A stretch of DNA of 34,995 nt. Source: a bacterium (GTDB lineage Bacteria > Zhuqueibacterota > Zhuqueibacteria > Oceanimicrobiales > Oceanimicrobiaceae). Location: the NCBI GenBank assembly GCA_046757165.1, contig JBHHXT010000034.1, forward strand, positions 1 through 34,995, in the 5' to 3' direction. A program made the position numbers and the translations under genes. Below the pieces are notes generated by a model, which saw only the letters and a program-made list of their open reading frames with translations, searched no databases and was not told where the DNA came from. Below are positions 32,995-34,995 of this stretch, piece by piece (the first letter of the stretch is position 1; the number at the start of each line of letters is the position of its first letter).

Positions 32995-34809
32995 ATGAAA
33001 ACGCTAATCACGACTCTGGCTTTTTTCTCTTGTGTTTGTTCGCTGTCCTCGTCAGGATACGCCCAAAAAGAGAGATTGTTGACAGTGATTGTCAACGCTT
33101 CGACAAATATCAATTCTCTAAACAAAGCTGAACTGGATAATGTTTTGCGCGGCAAGGACAATCGATTCTCAGCCATTGCTTTGCAGGCACAATATTACGA
33201 TGCAATTTTGGAAAATTACGTCAGTATGAGTTCGGGGGATTTCCAGCGTTCCTGGCTAAAGCTGGTCAGCTCAGGGCGAAGGAAAAAGGAGCCTCTGCTA
33301 AGTAAAGATGCCCACAGTCTTATCGCTTTTGTGGCCAGGAACAGAAACGTGCTGGCGGTCTTGAGCTGGCAAGATGTGAACAGGCCGCCGGATGCTTTTG
33401 GGGTGAGAGCGTTGCGGGTTTACAAAGATGGTCAACTTCTGAACCCGGAGACGCATGCCCATCTCGCGAGTTTGAAGCAGCCGGCAGAGGAAACGTCAAC
33501 TTCCGGGGGGCGGGCGCAATCACAAACTTTAGCTGCCGACTCGAATCTCTATCAAAAAGCCGTGCGGACGCAAGAAAGTGGCGACTTGCAACAAGCAAAG
33601 CTCCTGTTTGAGCAGCTCCGTATCAGACGGCCGGGATTCAAGGACGTGGAGAAGCGGTTGGCTGAGATTTACGTGGCCGCACAGATGACAGATCAGAAGC
33701 AGGAAGTGGAATCCTTGTATGAGCAGGCCAGGCAACATGAAGCCAAGGGGAACTACACGATGGCTGTTGAGACTTATGCAACGATTCTCCAAAAGTGGCC
33801 GAATTATGAGGACGCCACAACACGACTGGCGAAGGCCCGGCAGCGGGTGAAGAGTGGTCAGCGCTGGAGAAAACTGAAATCAAACTACGCCCGGGGCATT
33901 GCCGCTCTGAGGGCACAGAACTGGGAACGAGCCGTTGCGGCTTTTGAAGACGTGGTGGAGCTGGACCTCAGCTACAAAGACGCACTCAGCCGGCTCGAGG
34001 AGGCAGAAGCAGGGCTCGTCCGCGCAAGCTCGCAGTCGCGGGTCAACCAGTACTATGAGGCCGCCATTGAATCGATGCGAAACAACAATCTGCCGGCGGC
34101 GCTAAGTGAGCTCGAGGTCGTTCGCAAGATTGAGCCCGGATTCCGGGACACGGAGAATCTCATCGCTCAGCTCCAAAGCGATATCCAGAGTGAACGGAGC
34201 GCCAGAAAAGCAAGCAAGGCGGCTTTTCTGGATTCCCTGTATCAGGAAGCCCTGACGGCAATGGCAAATGAAGAATGGCAGCAGTCGGAGCAGTTGCTCA
34301 AACACGTTCAGGAAGTGCACCCGAACTATAGAAACAGTATTGAAAATCTGATCTTGACCCGGCAGAGGCTGAACAGTCTCACGACGGCAAATGACGGCTT
34401 GCCCAATCCCAGAACCATCTTCTACGTGGGGAGCGTGGTCATCGTCCTGGTGCCGTTTTGTTTGGTTGTCTTTTCTCCGATGATGCGGGCAAGAATCTTC
34501 ATGATCACGGGCAACCTATTCCGCGCCATGCAAATCTATGAAAGAATTCTCTTGAAAAACCCCCATCGAGTGGCCTTGTATACGAAGCTGGCGCATATCT
34601 ACTTGCTGCTGAACAAAAGAGATGAACAAGCCTTGCGCGTCTTCATTATGGTTTTGAAGCTGAATCTGATAACCCCGCATATAGACCGAATCCATTCGAT
34701 CGTGGCGCAAAACTACCTCCAGGATGGCGCTGTGCCAAAAGATCCGGATGCTATCAAAGTCCTTGAAAATGAACTACAAAAGCAAAGGGCTAAATTAAAG
34801 AAAGAGTAA
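32995..34809 (+). CDS. Signal-peptide protein: small PBP-like N-domain, TPR repeats, TM helix, C-terminal TPR
   Basis: IVNAS..INSL...EL..V..G...W.KLV.SGR...P...LIAFVA.N N-domain; repeated Y..A......W..A...F..V....P.(Y/F)(K/R)D TPR units; TM segment IFYVGSVVIVLVPFCLVVF; starts 1 nt after the porin stop. Confidence 0.8.
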   Translation: MKTLITTLAFFSCVCSLSSSGYAQKERLLTVIVNASTNINSLNKAELDNVLRGKDNRFSAIALQAQYYDAILENYVSMSSGDFQRSWLKLVSSGRRKKEPLLSKDAHSLIAFVARNRNVLAVLSWQDVNRPPDAFGVRALRVYKDGQLLNPETHAHLASLKQPAEETSTSGGRAQSQTLAADSNLYQKAVRTQESGDLQQAKLLFEQLRIRRPGFKDVEKRLAEIYVAAQMTDQKQEVESLYEQARQHEAKGNYTMAVETYATILQKWPNYEDATTRLAKARQRVKSGQRWRKLKSNYARGIAALRAQNWERAVAAFEDVVELDLSYKDALSRLEEAEAGLVRASSQSRVNQYYEAAIESMRNNNLPAALSELEVVRKIEPGFRDTENLIAQLQSDIQSERSARKASKAAFLDSLYQEALTAMANEEWQQSEQLLKHVQEVHPNYRNSIENLILTRQRLNSLTTANDGLPNPRTIFYVGSVVIVLVPFCLVVFSPMMRARIFMITGNLFRAMQIYERILLKNPHRVALYTKLAHIYLLLNKRDEQALRVFIMVLKLNLITPHIDRIHSIVAQNYLQDGAVPKDPDAIKVLENELQKQRAKLKKE

Positions 34810-34995
34810 TTCAGCAAAGGGACGCATCACGCTGTGAGCCGACACGTCACGTGCCCTTCGCTGATGAGCACTGCACGCTCCTCCCTGCGCATTAGTAGGA
34901 ACAGCCAGCCGAATGTGGTGGTGAGCTGCCCCCTTCCCGTCCTGTTAGCAGTAATAAAGTAAAGCACTCATAATAAAGAATAAGTGGGTAAACTG

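Overview
Bacterial chromosomal window, probably from an FCB-group lineage such as KSB1 or Calditrichota. This is inferred from four secreted proteins ending in the 'QNYPNPFNPET' T9SS-type/FlgD-Ig C-terminal domain. In order, the window holds: a disrupted UPF0175-like gene fragment; tRNA-Val(CAC); a membrane-bound tetraheme cytochrome c; an unannotated 52-aa Cys/His micro-ORF; and a metacaspase. Next is a ~14 kb cluster of secreted modular proteins: two paralogous CARDB-repeat proteins, a cohesin-only adaptor, a 1816-aa metzincin protease with cohesin-dockerin-cohesin modules, and a small upstream partner gene. This looks like a cellulosome-style assembly built around a protease rather than glycoside hydrolases. 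After that comes a respiratory operon of split cytochrome b6 plus subunit IV, an octaheme cytochrome with a long coiled coil, and a type-1 copper lipoprotein, with no Rieske gene. The rest is two more cytochromes, DUF2914, an alanine/glycine:cation symporter, a PP2C phosphatase, and a beta-helix-porin fusion coupled to a PBP-like/TPR membrane protein. Several REP-like palindromes and orphan perfect Shine-Dalgarno elements lie in intergenic regions. No CRISPR, rRNA, integrase or transposase was seen. All family assignments come from motif recognition by eye, not database searches.
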